Source: Nitrospirota bacterium (GTDB lineage Bacteria > Nitrospirota > UBA9217). Taken from it: a stretch of 64,000 nucleotides of DNA. The position numbers and the translations under genes were made by a program. Below, piece by piece: positions 31,153 through 41,173 of this stretch (positions are counted from its first letter, which is position 1; each line of letters opens with the position of its first letter). Location: positions 22,015-86,014 of the forward strand of contig JBBIMH010000016.1 in the NCBI GenBank assembly GCA_037444505.1, in the 5' to 3' direction. The notes under the pieces were generated by a model. It worked only from the letters and a program-made list of their open reading frames with translations. It was not told the origin of the DNA and made no database searches.

Positions 31153-32478
31153 ATGGGCATTGTAGTAGTCGGTCTCAGTCATAAGACAGCTCCTGTAGAT
31201 GTAAGGGAGAAGCTCTCCTTTCCCGAGGCGGTGGTACAAGATGCGCTCAGATCCCTTTCGGGCTATGACGGAATCAGGGAATGCATAATAGTCTCTACAT
31301 GTAACAGGGTAGAGATATATGCGTCCGTGCTGGACACTGTTTACGGCGTCGAGCAGATAAAGAAATTCATATCAGATTATCACAAACTCTCTCCTGAATC
31401 TCTCGAGCATGCCCTCTATATCCACCGCGACGATCAGGCCGTGCGCCATGTGTTCCGTGTCGCCTCGAGCCTCGATTCGATGGTGGTCGGAGAGCCCCAG
31501 ATTCTCGGCCAGCTCAAGGACGCCTTCGAGATAGCGCTCAAAACGAAGACCACGAGCACCATCATGAACAAGCTTATGAAGAAGGCGATATCCACCGCCA
31601 AACGTGTGCGCACGGAGACGAAGATCGCGGAGAGTGCGGTCTCCATCAGCTTTGCCGCCGTGGAGCTTGCCAAGAAGATATTCGGTGACCTGGAAGGCAA
31701 AATTGCGATGCTTTTGGGCGCAGGAGAGATGGCCGAGCTCGCGGCCAGGCATCTCTTGAACAACGGCGTCAAGAGCATCATAGTGGCCAACAGGACTTTC
31801 GAGAGGGGGGTGGAGCTCGCCAACGAATTTAGAGGCAGCGCGGTAAGGTTCGAAGACTTTCCCGACGAGATGATTATGGCCGACATACTCATCTGCTCCA
31901 CCGGCGCCCCGCATTATGTAGTGAAATACGACGACGTCACGCAGGCGCTCAAGGGCAGGCATCACAAACCTATCTTCATGATAGATATCTCTGTCCCGAG
32001 GAATATAGATCCTTCCGTAAATAAGATAGACGACGTCTATCTATACGACATAGACGACCTCCAAGGCGTGGTGAATGCGAACATAGAAGGAAGGGCGAGG
32101 GAGGCCGAGAAGGCTGAAGAGATAATCCTCCAGGAGGTTGAGACATATCTCAATTGGGAGCGCTCGCTCGATGCAGTGCCCACCATCATCGACCTGAGGG
32201 AGAAGGTGGAGGAGACCCGCACACGGGAGCTCGAAAAGGCCTTGAGCCAGATGAAAGGCGCGAGCGAGGAGCACAAGCGGATCGTCGAGGCGCTTACCAA
32301 GTCCATCGTGAACAAGATCGTGCACGCGCCCATCGTAGTGCTGAAACAGTCCGCATCTAACCAGAGAAGCAATGAAATATTCTCTTTCGCCAGAAGGCTC
32401 TTCAATCTCGACAAGGAGCTGAAAAGCCACAGGCACGAGAGGGGCTTCGGGAGGAAAGACGGTTCAGAAGAGCCATGA
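31153..32478 (+). CDS. hemA: glutamyl-tRNA reductase
   Basis: STCNRVEIY active-site Cys block, the GEPQILGQ motif and LGAGEMAEL NADPH binding. Confidence 0.95.
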   Translation: MGIVVVGLSHKTAPVDVREKLSFPEAVVQDALRSLSGYDGIRECIIVSTCNRVEIYASVLDTVYGVEQIKKFISDYHKLSPESLEHALYIHRDDQAVRHVFRVASSLDSMVVGEPQILGQLKDAFEIALKTKTTSTIMNKLMKKAISTAKRVRTETKIAESAVSISFAAVELAKKIFGDLEGKIAMLLGAGEMAELAARHLLNNGVKSIIVANRTFERGVELANEFRGSAVRFEDFPDEMIMADILICSTGAPHYVVKYDDVTQALKGRHHKPIFMIDISVPRNIDPSVNKIDDVYLYDIDDLQGVVNANIEGRAREAEKAEEIILQEVETYLNWERSLDAVPTIIDLREKVEETRTRELEKALSQMKGASEEHKRIVEALTKSIVNKIVHAPIVVLKQSASNQRSNEIFSFARRLFNLDKELKSHRHERGFGRKDGSEEP

Positions 32479-32615
32479 GCGCGGCCATGAAGGACGCACT
32501 CGGCGCATTCATCGCGTTCTAAAAGTCATGAAGGCATGACTTGCCGGGCATTATCTGAAATTATAATTTGTACCATTATAGGCGATGAGCCATATTTTTT
32601 CGGGGGGATATTCCA

Positions 32616-33584
32616 TTGAGAAGAAGGATAAGTATCGGGACGCGAGGGAGCGCCCTTGCGCTGTGGCAGGCCGAGTGGGTCAAGTCTGAACTCGAGAAGA
32701 GATATCCCGGCATGACCGTGGAGCTCATCAAGATAAAGACTACAGGAGACAAGATACTCGATGTGCCGCTCGCCAAAGTGGGCGGCAAGGGGCTCTTCGT
32801 TAAGGAGATAGAAGAGGCGATGCTCAGAGGTGAGATAGACGTAGCCGTCCACAGCATGAAGGACGTGCCTACGATATTTCCCGAGGGCCTTCACTTGGGC
32901 GCGATCACGAAGAGGGAAGATCCGCGCGATGCCTTCATTTCCAGAGACAGCGTACGGTTCAAGGATCTGCCGCAGGGGGCTAAGGTCGGCACGAGCAGCC
33001 TAAGACGGCAGGCCCAGCTCATGAACATCAGGCCTGACCTCGAGATACTACAGCTTAGGGGTAATGTGGACACCCGGCTTAGAAAGCTCAAGGAAGGTCA
33101 ATTCGACGCCATAATACTTGCTGCTGCAGGGGTAAAGAGGCTCGGTCTTTCCCAAAATGTGACTGAATACATAGAGCCGGAGGTGAGCCTCCCAGCGATA
33201 GGCCAGGGCGCGTTGGGCATAGAGTGCAAAAAGGATGATAGGGAGGTAAACGACCTCATCTCTTTCTTCAATCATCCCGAAACCAGGACATGCGTCTCTG
33301 CGGAGAGGGCATTGCTCAAAAGGCTCGAGGGAGGATGCCAAGTCCCGATCGCATGCTATGGAAGGATCATTGACGGAGGCCTTCATCTCACAGGCATTGT
33401 CGCGAGTGTGGACGGAAAGCGCATCATAAAGGACTCGATCACAGGCAGGCCGGAGGATGCGGAGCGATTGGGTGTTTCGCTTGCCGAGAACCTGCTCTCT
33501 CAGGGCGCGGACGTCATACTGCGCGAGGTCTATGGCTCGAATCCGGATCTGAGCGGCAACAGCCTGCAGAATGACTCCAGATAG
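32616..33584 (+). CDS. hemC: hydroxymethylbilane synthase (porphobilinogen deaminase)
   Basis: IGTRGSALALWQA, GTSSLRRQAQL, RGNVDTRL and GGCQVPI motifs. TTG start. Confidence 0.95.
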   Translation: MRRRISIGTRGSALALWQAEWVKSELEKRYPGMTVELIKIKTTGDKILDVPLAKVGGKGLFVKEIEEAMLRGEIDVAVHSMKDVPTIFPEGLHLGAITKREDPRDAFISRDSVRFKDLPQGAKVGTSSLRRQAQLMNIRPDLEILQLRGNVDTRLRKLKEGQFDAIILAAAGVKRLGLSQNVTEYIEPEVSLPAIGQGALGIECKKDDREVNDLISFFNHPETRTCVSAERALLKRLEGGCQVPIACYGRIIDGGLHLTGIVASVDGKRIIKDSITGRPEDAERLGVSLAENLLSQGADVILREVYGSNPDLSGNSLQNDSR

Positions 33585-33609
33585 TTCCATCATATAAGGT
33601 ATATCCCCC

Positions 33610-35148
33610 ATGAGCGGACAGATAGGCAAGGTGTATTTAGTAGGCGCAGGACCGGGAGACCCGGGGTTGATCACCCTCAAGGGCCTGGAGTGCGTAAAAA
33701 AGGCCGATGTCATAATATACGATTATCTGGCCAATGAGAGGCTCCTGGAGCATCGCAGGCCTGACGCCGAACTCATATATGTCGGCAAGCAGGGAGGCAG
33801 ACACACCCTGCCCCAGACCGAGATAAACGCCGTCATCGTCAAGAAGGCGAAAGAGGGCAGGATCGTCGTCAGACTCAAGGGCGGGGATCCTTTCATATTC
33901 GGCAGGGGCGGAGAAGAGGCAGAGGAGCTCGTGGACAATGGCATCCCATTCGAGGTAGTACCTGGCGTCACTGCTGCGACTGCCGTCCCTACATATGCAG
34001 GCATACCACTTACTCATCGCGAACATACCGCGAGCGTCGCCTTCGTAACAGGCCATGAAGACCCAACGAAGCCCGAGTCCAAGGTACATTGGGACAAGAT
34101 AGCAACGGGCATAGGCACGCTCGTTTTCTTCATGGGCATGAAGAACCTCGGTTATATCGTGGACAGCCTCGTCTCGAACGGCAGACCGAAGGATACGCCA
34201 GTCGCCCTCATCCAATGGGGCACAAGGACCGACCAGCGGGTGGTCACTGGAACTCTCGAGGACATAGTCGAAAAGGTAGAACGCGCCAGACTCGGAGCCC
34301 CTGCCATCATAGTCGTGGGCGAGGTAGTGAGGCTGAGGGATAAGCTCAACTGGTATGAGTCCAAGCCCTTTTTCGGGAAGCGCATCGTTGTCACGCGCTC
34401 GCGAGATCAGGCGAGCATGTTTGCAGAGAGGCTCATAGACCTCGGCGCCACTGTTATAGAATTCCCGACGATAGATGTCGTCCCGCCATCGAGCTGGGGC
34501 GAGCTCGACAACGCCATAGAAAATATAGAATCATACGACTGGCTCATCTTCACGAGCGCGAATGCGGTCAAGTTCTTCTTCGACAGGCTCAAGGCACTCG
34601 GCAAGGATGTGAGAGCGCTCAAGGACGTATCCATATGCTCGGTCGGTCCCAAGACCGCGGATGCGCTCGGGGATTACGGTCTCAAGGCGGATCTCATACC
34701 TTCCGAGTTCAAGGCTGAAGGGGTTGTTTCTGCGCTCGGTCAGGACGTAAGGGGAAAGAGATTCCTCATCCCCAGGGCGAAGGTCGCCAGGGAGGTGATA
34801 CCTGACAGGCTCAGGGAGCTCGGCGCGGAGGTCACGGTAGCCGTTGCATACGAGAATGTGAGGCCTGTATCTGATGTCGAGAGGCTCAGGAGGCTTTTCG
34901 AAGAGAAGAAGATATCCGCCGTCACCTTCACCAGCTCATCCACCGTCAACAATTTTGTTGAAATGCTTGGTGAAAAAGAGTATAAAAAGCTCATTGAAGG
35001 AGTTGTCATTGCGTGCATCGGGCCTGTCACTGCGAAGACGGCGAGGGAATACGGCATGGATGTGCACATCATGCCGAATGAATACACCATACCTGCTCTG
35101 ATAGATGCAATGGCAGAGTATTTCAGGCAGCGAAGAGCCGGACCATAG
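33610..35148 (+). CDS. cobA: Bifunctional uroporphyrinogen-III C-methyltransferase / uroporphyrinogen-III synthase (CobA/HemD fusion)
   Basis: The N-terminal half is SUMT (VYLVGAGPGDPGLITLKG...GGDPFIFGRGGEE). The C-terminal half, about 250 aa, is HemD-like (VVTRSRDQAS...FTSANAV). Confidence 0.9.
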   Translation: MSGQIGKVYLVGAGPGDPGLITLKGLECVKKADVIIYDYLANERLLEHRRPDAELIYVGKQGGRHTLPQTEINAVIVKKAKEGRIVVRLKGGDPFIFGRGGEEAEELVDNGIPFEVVPGVTAATAVPTYAGIPLTHREHTASVAFVTGHEDPTKPESKVHWDKIATGIGTLVFFMGMKNLGYIVDSLVSNGRPKDTPVALIQWGTRTDQRVVTGTLEDIVEKVERARLGAPAIIVVGEVVRLRDKLNWYESKPFFGKRIVVTRSRDQASMFAERLIDLGATVIEFPTIDVVPPSSWGELDNAIENIESYDWLIFTSANAVKFFFDRLKALGKDVRALKDVSICSVGPKTADALGDYGLKADLIPSEFKAEGVVSALGQDVRGKRFLIPRAKVAREVIPDRLRELGAEVTVAVAYENVRPVSDVERLRRLFEEKKISAVTFTSSSTVNNFVEMLGEKEYKKLIEGVVIACIGPVTAKTAREYGMDVHIMPNEYTIPALIDAMAEYFRQRRAGP

Positions 35149-35156
35149 GAGATGAG

Positions 35157-35513
35157 ATGATGATAACCATGTCGGACCTTGCAGCAGAGAAGATAAGAGA
35201 GATACTCAAGGTGGAGGGGCTTCCGGACCACGGGCTCAGGATAGTTGCGAGCGGAGGCGGATGCTGCGGCGGCTCCCAGTACGAGATCACGATAGACAAT
35301 AAGGCGGGCGAGGGAGACACGGTAGTGGAGAAGAACGGCTCGAGGCTCTTTCTCGATGCGGCCACGGCCAGGGCATTGGACGGTGCTGAGCTTGGTTACA
35401 CGGAAGAAGGCGGGGCAGAGGGATTCGTGCTTTCTTTTCCGCACGGCTCTCCCATGGCAGGAGGCTGCGGCTGCGGGACCGACGACGCATCAAGCGGCTG
35501 CGGCTGCAACTGA
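35157..35513 (+). CDS. HesB/IscA-family iron-sulfur cluster insertion protein with a Cys/Gly-rich tail
   Basis: A-type carrier fold (AAEKIREIL...GLRI...GGGCCG...FLD). Atypical C-terminus GGCGCGTDDASSGCGCN. Confidence 0.7.
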   Translation: MMITMSDLAAEKIREILKVEGLPDHGLRIVASGGGCCGGSQYEITIDNKAGEGDTVVEKNGSRLFLDAATARALDGAELGYTEEGGAEGFVLSFPHGSPMAGGCGCGTDDASSGCGCN

Positions 35514-35552
35514 GTAGGCTCCATCGATACTGATCCTTTTCGGGGGATTGTA

Positions 35553-36527
35553 ATGGGATTTCCAGATATACGTCCTCGAAGGCTGCGTTCGAACGATCTC
35601 ATACGCACAATGGTCCGCGAGACGAGTCTCGCGCCGGATGACTTCATCTATCCGCTCTTCGTGACGCACGGCAGGGGGATAAAGAAAGAGATCAGCTCCA
35701 TGCCGGGCAATTTCCAGCAGTCCATAGAGAATATCGTTAAGGACTGCGAAGAGGCGAGGTCCCTCGGCATCCCTGCGGTGATCCTTTTCGGCATACCCGC
35801 GCGCAAGGACGAGGCTGCGAGCGAGGCGTATTCTCCCGATGGTATAGTACAGAGGGCTATCAAGGCCATAAAGGACAAGACGCCTAAGATGGTGGTGATC
35901 ACGGATGTCTGTTTGTGCGAATATACGAGCCACGGCCATTGCGGCATCGTGAAGAACGGCGTCGTCCAGAACGACCCGACCCTCGAGCTCCTTGCGAAGG
36001 AGGCCGTGAGCCACGCAGAGGCGGGCGCTGACATGGTCGCGCCGTCGGACATGATGGACGGCCGCGTGGCCGCTATACGCAAGGCGCTCGACTCGAGAGG
36101 GTTCCAGCACATACCCATCATGTCCTATGCAGTCAAGTACGCCTCGGGCTTTTACGGCCCGTTCAGGGAGGCGGCCGAGTCGGCTCCGCAGTTTGGAGAC
36201 AGACGCTCATACCAGATGGATCCGCCTAATTCGCGAGAGGCCATGCGCGAGGCGGCCCTCGACATAGAAGAAGGCGCGGACATCATCATGGTCAAACCGG
36301 CCCTTTCATACCTCGACATCATATATCGCGTCAGGCAGAGGTTCGACATTCCTATCGCCGCATACAACGTCAGCGGTGAGTTCTCGATGGTCAAGGCGGC
36401 TGGAAGGCTCGGCTGGATGGATGAAGAGCGGGTGATGATGGAGATACTCACATCCATAAAGCGTGCCGGCGCGGACCTGATCCTCACCTACCACGCCAAA
36501 GAGGCTGCAAGGCTTCTGAACGGATAG
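35553..36527 (+). CDS. hemB: porphobilinogen synthase (delta-aminolevulinate dehydratase), Zn type
   Basis: [14 protein letters not shown] zinc site, the [11 protein letters not shown] motif and the active-site Lys block IMVKPA. Confidence 0.95.
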   Translation: MGFPDIRPRRLRSNDLIRTMVRETSLAPDDFIYPLFVTHGRGIKKEISSMPGNFQQSIENIVKDCEEARSLGIPAVILFGIPARKDEAASEAYSPDGIVQRAIKAIKDKTPKMVVITDVCLCEYTSHGHCGIVKNGVVQNDPTLELLAKEAVSHAEAGADMVAPSDMMDGRVAAIRKALDSRGFQHIPIMSYAVKYASGFYGPFREAAESAPQFGDRRSYQMDPPNSREAMREAALDIEEGADIIMVKPALSYLDIIYRVRQRFDIPIAAYNVSGEFSMVKAAGRLGWMDEERVMMEILTSIKRAGADLILTYHAKEAARLLNG

Positions 36528-36643
36528 ATGACGCCTTATCTATTAAAGCAATATGCGCGGATATGAGGCGCCTGTCTGGACTGCCGGTGAAGCCTTGAGT
36601 CCGCCGGACAGACAACTTCGATAGAGCACAAAGGAGGTATGAG

Positions 36644-37441
36644 ATGGAAACGCAGAGACTTGCGAAAATGATCGCATTGGGGTTTCTCGCCTTTCTCGGG
36701 TTTTTGTTCCTTATGGCCTCCTACTTTGTAATCGATGCAGGCGAACGAGGGATCGTGCTGAGATTCGGCGCCGTAGACCGAGTGGTGGATGAAGGCCTGC
36801 ACTTCAAGATGCCGTTGATGGAAGATGTGGTGCGCATGTCCGTGAGGGTGCAGAAGAGCACCACGAAGACCGAGGCTGCGAGCCGCGACCTACAGGTGGT
36901 CCAGACCACGATGGTCCTGAACTACAGCCTCCAGCCGGACAAGGCAGGAGAGATGTACAAGGACATAGGCCTCAGATACGACGAGAAGATAATAGACCCT
37001 GTAGTAAAAGAGAGCTTCAAGGCGGCTTCCGCCAGATACACCGCAGAAGAGCTGATAACGAAACGCGAGGCCTTGAAGACGGAGGTCAGAAACTATCTCA
37101 GGGATCAGTTGGCGAAGTTCGGCATCACGGTCGTCGAGCTTTCTATCACTGACTTCGAGTTTTCGCAGGAATTCAACAAGGCGATCGAGGCGAAGCAGAC
37201 CGCGGAGCAGCTCGCGCTCAAGGCGAAGAGAGACCTTGAACGCATAAAAGTGGAGGCGCAGCAGAAGGTGGCCGCCGCCCAGGCGGAGGCCGAGGCACTG
37301 AGGCTCCAGCGCCAGGTGATCTCTCCCGAGCTCGTGAGGCTCCGCCAGATAGAGGCCCAGATGAAGGCCATAGAAAAATGGGATGGAAAGCTTCCCAATG
37401 TCACCGGCGGCGCAGTGCCATTTATACAGGTGGAGAAATAG
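36644..37441 (+). CDS. SPFH/band 7 (prohibitin-like) membrane protein
   Basis: N-terminal TM helix, an SPFH core and a C-terminal Ala/Gln/Glu coiled coil (AEQLALKAKRDLERIKVEAQQKVAAAQAEAEAL). Confidence 0.85.
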   Translation: METQRLAKMIALGFLAFLGFLFLMASYFVIDAGERGIVLRFGAVDRVVDEGLHFKMPLMEDVVRMSVRVQKSTTKTEAASRDLQVVQTTMVLNYSLQPDKAGEMYKDIGLRYDEKIIDPVVKESFKAASARYTAEELITKREALKTEVRNYLRDQLAKFGITVVELSITDFEFSQEFNKAIEAKQTAEQLALKAKRDLERIKVEAQQKVAAAQAEAEALRLQRQVISPELVRLRQIEAQMKAIEKWDGKLPNVTGGAVPFIQVEK

Positions 37442-37508
37442 ACGAGGGCATAAGGGCGTGAAATTTATTTTTTACAGCGGAGACCATGCCGTCCCGCGAT
37501 GTTTTAGG

Positions 37509-37537
37509 TTGACTTTCAGCCCCTTTTAACTTATTAT
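37509..37537 (+). promoter_or_regulatory. Sigma70-like promoter (TTGACT-17 nt-TATTAT) for queD, implying a leaderless or near-leaderless mRNA
   Basis: The -10 element ends at 37537 and the queD ATG is at 37547. No SD sequence lies between them. Confidence 0.4.
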
Positions 37538-37546
37538 TCGGCCACC

Positions 37547-37915
37547 ATGTACGAGCTTGTTGTCGAATCGAAATTTTCCGCCGCGCACCAACTCAGAGGC
37601 TATCAGGGCAAATGCGAAAAACTGCACGGCCACAACTGGCGTGTCACCGTCGCGGTAACTGCAGAACGGCTGAATGATCAGGGCCTCGCCATGGACTTTC
37701 ATGACCTCAAAAAGGCCCTTCGCGAGATCCTCGACCAGCTCGAGCACACCTTTCTGAACGACATATTTCCTTTTACGCAGATAAATCCATCTTCCGAGAA
37801 CCTGGCCAAGTGGATATATGACAATATGGCCAAGAAGATCGACGATGATAATCTCCAGGTGGCGAGCGTCACTGTCTGGGAATCCGACACAGCATCGGCG
37901 AGTTATTTCGAGTGA
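37547..37915 (+). CDS. queD: 6-carboxy-5,6,7,8-tetrahydropterin synthase (PTPS family)
   Basis: 122 aa. FSAAHQL, CEKLHGHNWRV and the final WESDT... block are typical of QueD. Confidence 0.85.
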   Translation: MYELVVESKFSAAHQLRGYQGKCEKLHGHNWRVTVAVTAERLNDQGLAMDFHDLKKALREILDQLEHTFLNDIFPFTQINPSSENLAKWIYDNMAKKIDDDNLQVASVTVWESDTASASYFE

Positions 37916-37978
37916 ACCAAAGAGGCGGTCGCTTCGTTTTCTCGACTTCCAAGTGGGCACGTATCTACGAAACCGATC

Positions 37979-39319
37979 ATGTCATTTTCGAGGCTGACAG
38001 CGGAAAAGATTCTGGAAATGGCAAAGTCCTTCGGGGCTGATGCAGCAGAGGTATTCCTCCGCTCTTCGACCGCCACTGTCATCGAGGTGAAGGAAGGCGC
38101 GGTGGACGCCTTCGAGCGTGCAAGGGACTTGGGGGCGGGATTGAGGGTGATCGCGGACGGCAGGATGGGATTCGCCTTCGCGACAGAGATGTCCGACGAG
38201 GCAGTCTCTAAGCTTGCGAGGTCGGCTGTCACGAATGCAAGAAACACGGAGTCGGATCCGTTCCAGACCATTCCCGACCAGAAAGGGCCGTATGCCTCTC
38301 CGGTCATATACGACGGACGACTCGCTTTCGTCGCAGACGAGGAGAAGATAGAGCGGGTGCTCGCAATGGAGCGCGAGGCTTTTGCTGCGGATAAAAGAAT
38401 CACCAGGATCAGAAAGGCCCAGGCGAGTTTTTCCGAGTCTGAGACCATGATCGCCAATTCACACGGCGCATTCGTGTCCTACAGAGGCACAGCCTGCTCT
38501 TCGAGCATAGAGGTCGTGGCGGAGGAGAAGGGCGAGTCCCAGGCAGGGTGGGACTTCGATGTGAACAGATTCTACACCAGGCTCGAGATCGAAGAGGTGG
38601 GCCGCAGGGCTGCAAGAAGGGCTGCAGGGCTCCTCGGCGCAAGGCGCATAGACTCGGTCAGGGCGCCGGTACTTCTCGAGAACCATGTAGCAGCAGAGCT
38701 GCTTTCTATCATAGCATCAGGCTTCTCGGCGGAGAACGTGCAGAAGCACAAGTCGCTTTTCGCAGGCAGGATGAATACGCAGGTGTTCTCGACTGTCTTG
38801 ACCGTATACGACGACGGCGGGCTCGATGCAGGCCTCGGCACGGCGCCATGCGACGACGAGGCGGTGCCGATGAGCAAAAAGACGGTCATATCCAATGGGA
38901 CGCTGCTCATGTATCTGTATAATTCTTACGCTGCAAAAAAGGACGGGGTTTCCTCGACCGGCAATGCGGTGCGAGGCGGATTCAAGGGCCTGCCTGGAGT
39001 CGGAGCGACGAATCTATATATCGAGCCCGGGCGATATACGCATGATGATATGCTTTCTTCTATCGACAGGGGTCTTTTCGTCACCGAGATAATGGGAAGC
39101 CATACTGCGAATCCCATATCCGGCGACTTCTCCGTAGGCGCGACCGGATTCTGGATAGAAAAGGGTCGGCTCTCCTATCCGGTCAGAGAGGCGACTATCG
39201 CCGGAAACCTCCTCGATCTCATGAAGAACGTGATTTCAGTCGGAAGCGACCTCAGGTTCACAGGACGAATCGGCAGCCCCTCGCTTCTGGTGAAGGATGT
39301 ATCCATAGGCGGCAGGTAA
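37979..39319 (+). CDS. pmbA: TldD/PmbA-family metalloprotease
   Basis: 446 aa with the conserved C-terminal block GSHTANPISGDFSVGATGFWIEKG. Confidence 0.85.
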   Translation: MSFSRLTAEKILEMAKSFGADAAEVFLRSSTATVIEVKEGAVDAFERARDLGAGLRVIADGRMGFAFATEMSDEAVSKLARSAVTNARNTESDPFQTIPDQKGPYASPVIYDGRLAFVADEEKIERVLAMEREAFAADKRITRIRKAQASFSESETMIANSHGAFVSYRGTACSSSIEVVAEEKGESQAGWDFDVNRFYTRLEIEEVGRRAARRAAGLLGARRIDSVRAPVLLENHVAAELLSIIASGFSAENVQKHKSLFAGRMNTQVFSTVLTVYDDGGLDAGLGTAPCDDEAVPMSKKTVISNGTLLMYLYNSYAAKKDGVSSTGNAVRGGFKGLPGVGATNLYIEPGRYTHDDMLSSIDRGLFVTEIMGSHTANPISGDFSVGATGFWIEKGRLSYPVREATIAGNLLDLMKNVISVGSDLRFTGRIGSPSLLVKDVSIGGR

Positions 39320-39342
39320 AGGCGAGCAGGCCCCTCTTGTCG

Positions 39343-40965
39343 TCATTCGACATCCGCCGCATACGACCTGCCTTCAACTGTGTTTCCCTCTTCAGGCCAG
39401 AGCCTCTTCTCGATTTCCTTCAGCAAATTTCCGAACGTCTCCGGATGGATGGCTGAGCACAAGACCGCATCGAAGCGCTTTGCAACAGCCCTTGCCCAGA
39501 TCTCCGGAACGAGGTCCGTCTTGTTCAGGACGACGAGCCTCGGGATACGGTCGAGGCCGAGCTCCATGAGCAGATTGTCCACAGACAGCATCTGGTCCTC
39601 GAACCGCTTGTTGCTTATATCGACTACATGGAGCAGGAGGTCGGCGTCGTTGAGCTCGTCCAGCGTGGCCCTGAATGCAGCCAAGAGGTCCTTTGGAAGG
39701 TCTTTGATGAAGCCAACGGTGTCCGTTATCACCACCTCGCGCTCGCGCGGGAAGCGCAGCCTCCGCGTTGCAGTATCGAGCGTCGCAAAGAGCAGGTCCT
39801 CCGAGCGCACGGATGACTTCGTCAGATTGTTGAATAGGGTGGACTTACCTGCATTCGTATAGCCCACTATCGACACTATCGGTATGCCGCTTCTTATCCT
39901 CCGCTCCCTCCTCTGCTGCCTGCCGCGGCTGAGCGCAGCGAGCTCTTTTTCGAGCCTCCTGATCCTGTCCCTCGTTCGGCGCATATCTATCTCGAGCCTC
40001 GTCTCTCCAGGACCTCTGCCTCCTATGCCTCCTGTCAGCCGAGACAGGGCCGTAGAGCGCTCGGAGAGCCTCGGCAGGCGGTATCTGAGCTGGGCGAGCT
40101 CCACCTGCACCTTCCCGTCCCGGCTGTGGGCGCGACGGGCGAATATGTCGAGTATGAGCTGGGTCCTGTCTATGACACGCATCTCGGTCACATCTCCGAT
40201 CGCCTTGACCTGCGCGGGTGTGAGGTTCTGGTCGAACACGATGAGGTCGGCTCCGAGCTGCTGCGAGCGAATGACAAGCTCTTTGAGCTTTCCTTCTCCC
40301 ATCATGTATCTCGGATTTATCACATGCGGTCTCTGTATCACTTCATCCAGCACCTGGATGTTGTCGGAGCGAGCGAGCTCCCTGAGCTCTGCAAGCGATT
40401 CCTCCTGCTCGGTCCTGCTTTTTTTCGAGACGCTCACGAGGATTGCCCGGTCTTTTTTCCCGATCTCGATTGCCGGGCTCAGGCGCTCCATCTCCCGCTC
40501 GAGCTCAGTAACGAAGCTCAAGACATCCATGTCCAGCATGTGCGCGGGTCTCGGCGGCAGGACCTCGGTCACCTTCTCTTCCGGATTGGGCGGCAAGAGA
40601 TGGGCGACTGTGACATCGCCGGGGAGCCCGTCAGCCCGTACAGACACTACGACGATGAAGTCGAGCCTCAAGAGGGCGAGGTCTGTGAGGTCCTCATGGT
40701 CTATGGGATGGTCCTTGAAGTGGGTGTGTACTATCCGCACTCCGCGCAGCCGCTTGGGGCCGAGCCTGTAGTCGGAAAGGTCCGGGATGAAAATGCCGCT
40801 TTCGTCTCCGACAAAGACATCCCGCACCGCACCGCTCCGGTCTATGATGAGACCCACCTGCCTGCCTATTCGGGCGGAGGCCTCGGCGAGCGCACGCGCC
40901 GCCTCCGGCGTGATGACCTTATCCGGAGGCATGCGCCTTCGGTAGAGCCTCTCGAGCAGACGCAT
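39343..40965 (-). CDS. hflX: GTPase HflX (with a long N-terminal extension)
   Basis: HflX N-domain (LDIFARRAHSRDGKVQVELAQLRY), then the G domain GYTNAGKSTLFN, DTVGF and NKTD. Confidence 0.9.
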   Translation of the reverse strand: MRLLERLYRRRMPPDKVITPEAARALAEASARIGRQVGLIIDRSGAVRDVFVGDESGIFIPDLSDYRLGPKRLRGVRIVHTHFKDHPIDHEDLTDLALLRLDFIVVVSVRADGLPGDVTVAHLLPPNPEEKVTEVLPPRPAHMLDMDVLSFVTELEREMERLSPAIEIGKKDRAILVSVSKKSRTEQEESLAELRELARSDNIQVLDEVIQRPHVINPRYMMGEGKLKELVIRSQQLGADLIVFDQNLTPAQVKAIGDVTEMRVIDRTQLILDIFARRAHSRDGKVQVELAQLRYRLPRLSERSTALSRLTGGIGGRGPGETRLEIDMRRTRDRIRRLEKELAALSRGRQQRRERRIRSGIPIVSIVGYTNAGKSTLFNNLTKSSVRSEDLLFATLDTATRRLRFPREREVVITDTVGFIKDLPKDLLAAFRATLDELNDADLLLHVVDISNKRFEDQMLSVDNLLMELGLDRIPRLVVLNKTDLVPEIWARAVAKRFDAVLCSAIHPETFGNLLKEIEKRLWPEEGNTVEGRSYAADVE

Positions 40966-41091
40966 CTCGGCGGGCTTGAGGCCTGTTATATTGCCATGGA
41001 CGGAAGGGATAGCGGCTCCTTATCGTGCAATGTCCTATATATCTATAATACTATTACAGAATAGGCGTGGTTTCAATATACAATTATTACC

Positions 41092-41152
41092 CATCGCATA
41101 TAATGGTCATTCCGGCATACCCTGCCGGCTTGCACCAAAAATGTGATGAGCC
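41092..41152 (+). repeat. Intergenic hairpin repeat, copy B (hflX/tetR intergenic region)
   Basis: TCATTCCGGCATACCCTGCCGGCTTGCACCAAAAATGTGATGAGCC differs from copy A (17436-17482) by 3 substitutions and a 1-nt indel. It is preceded by TATAAT, as copy A is preceded by TACAAT. Confidence 0.75.
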
Positions 41153-41173
41153 ACAATTATAGACTATCGCCTA

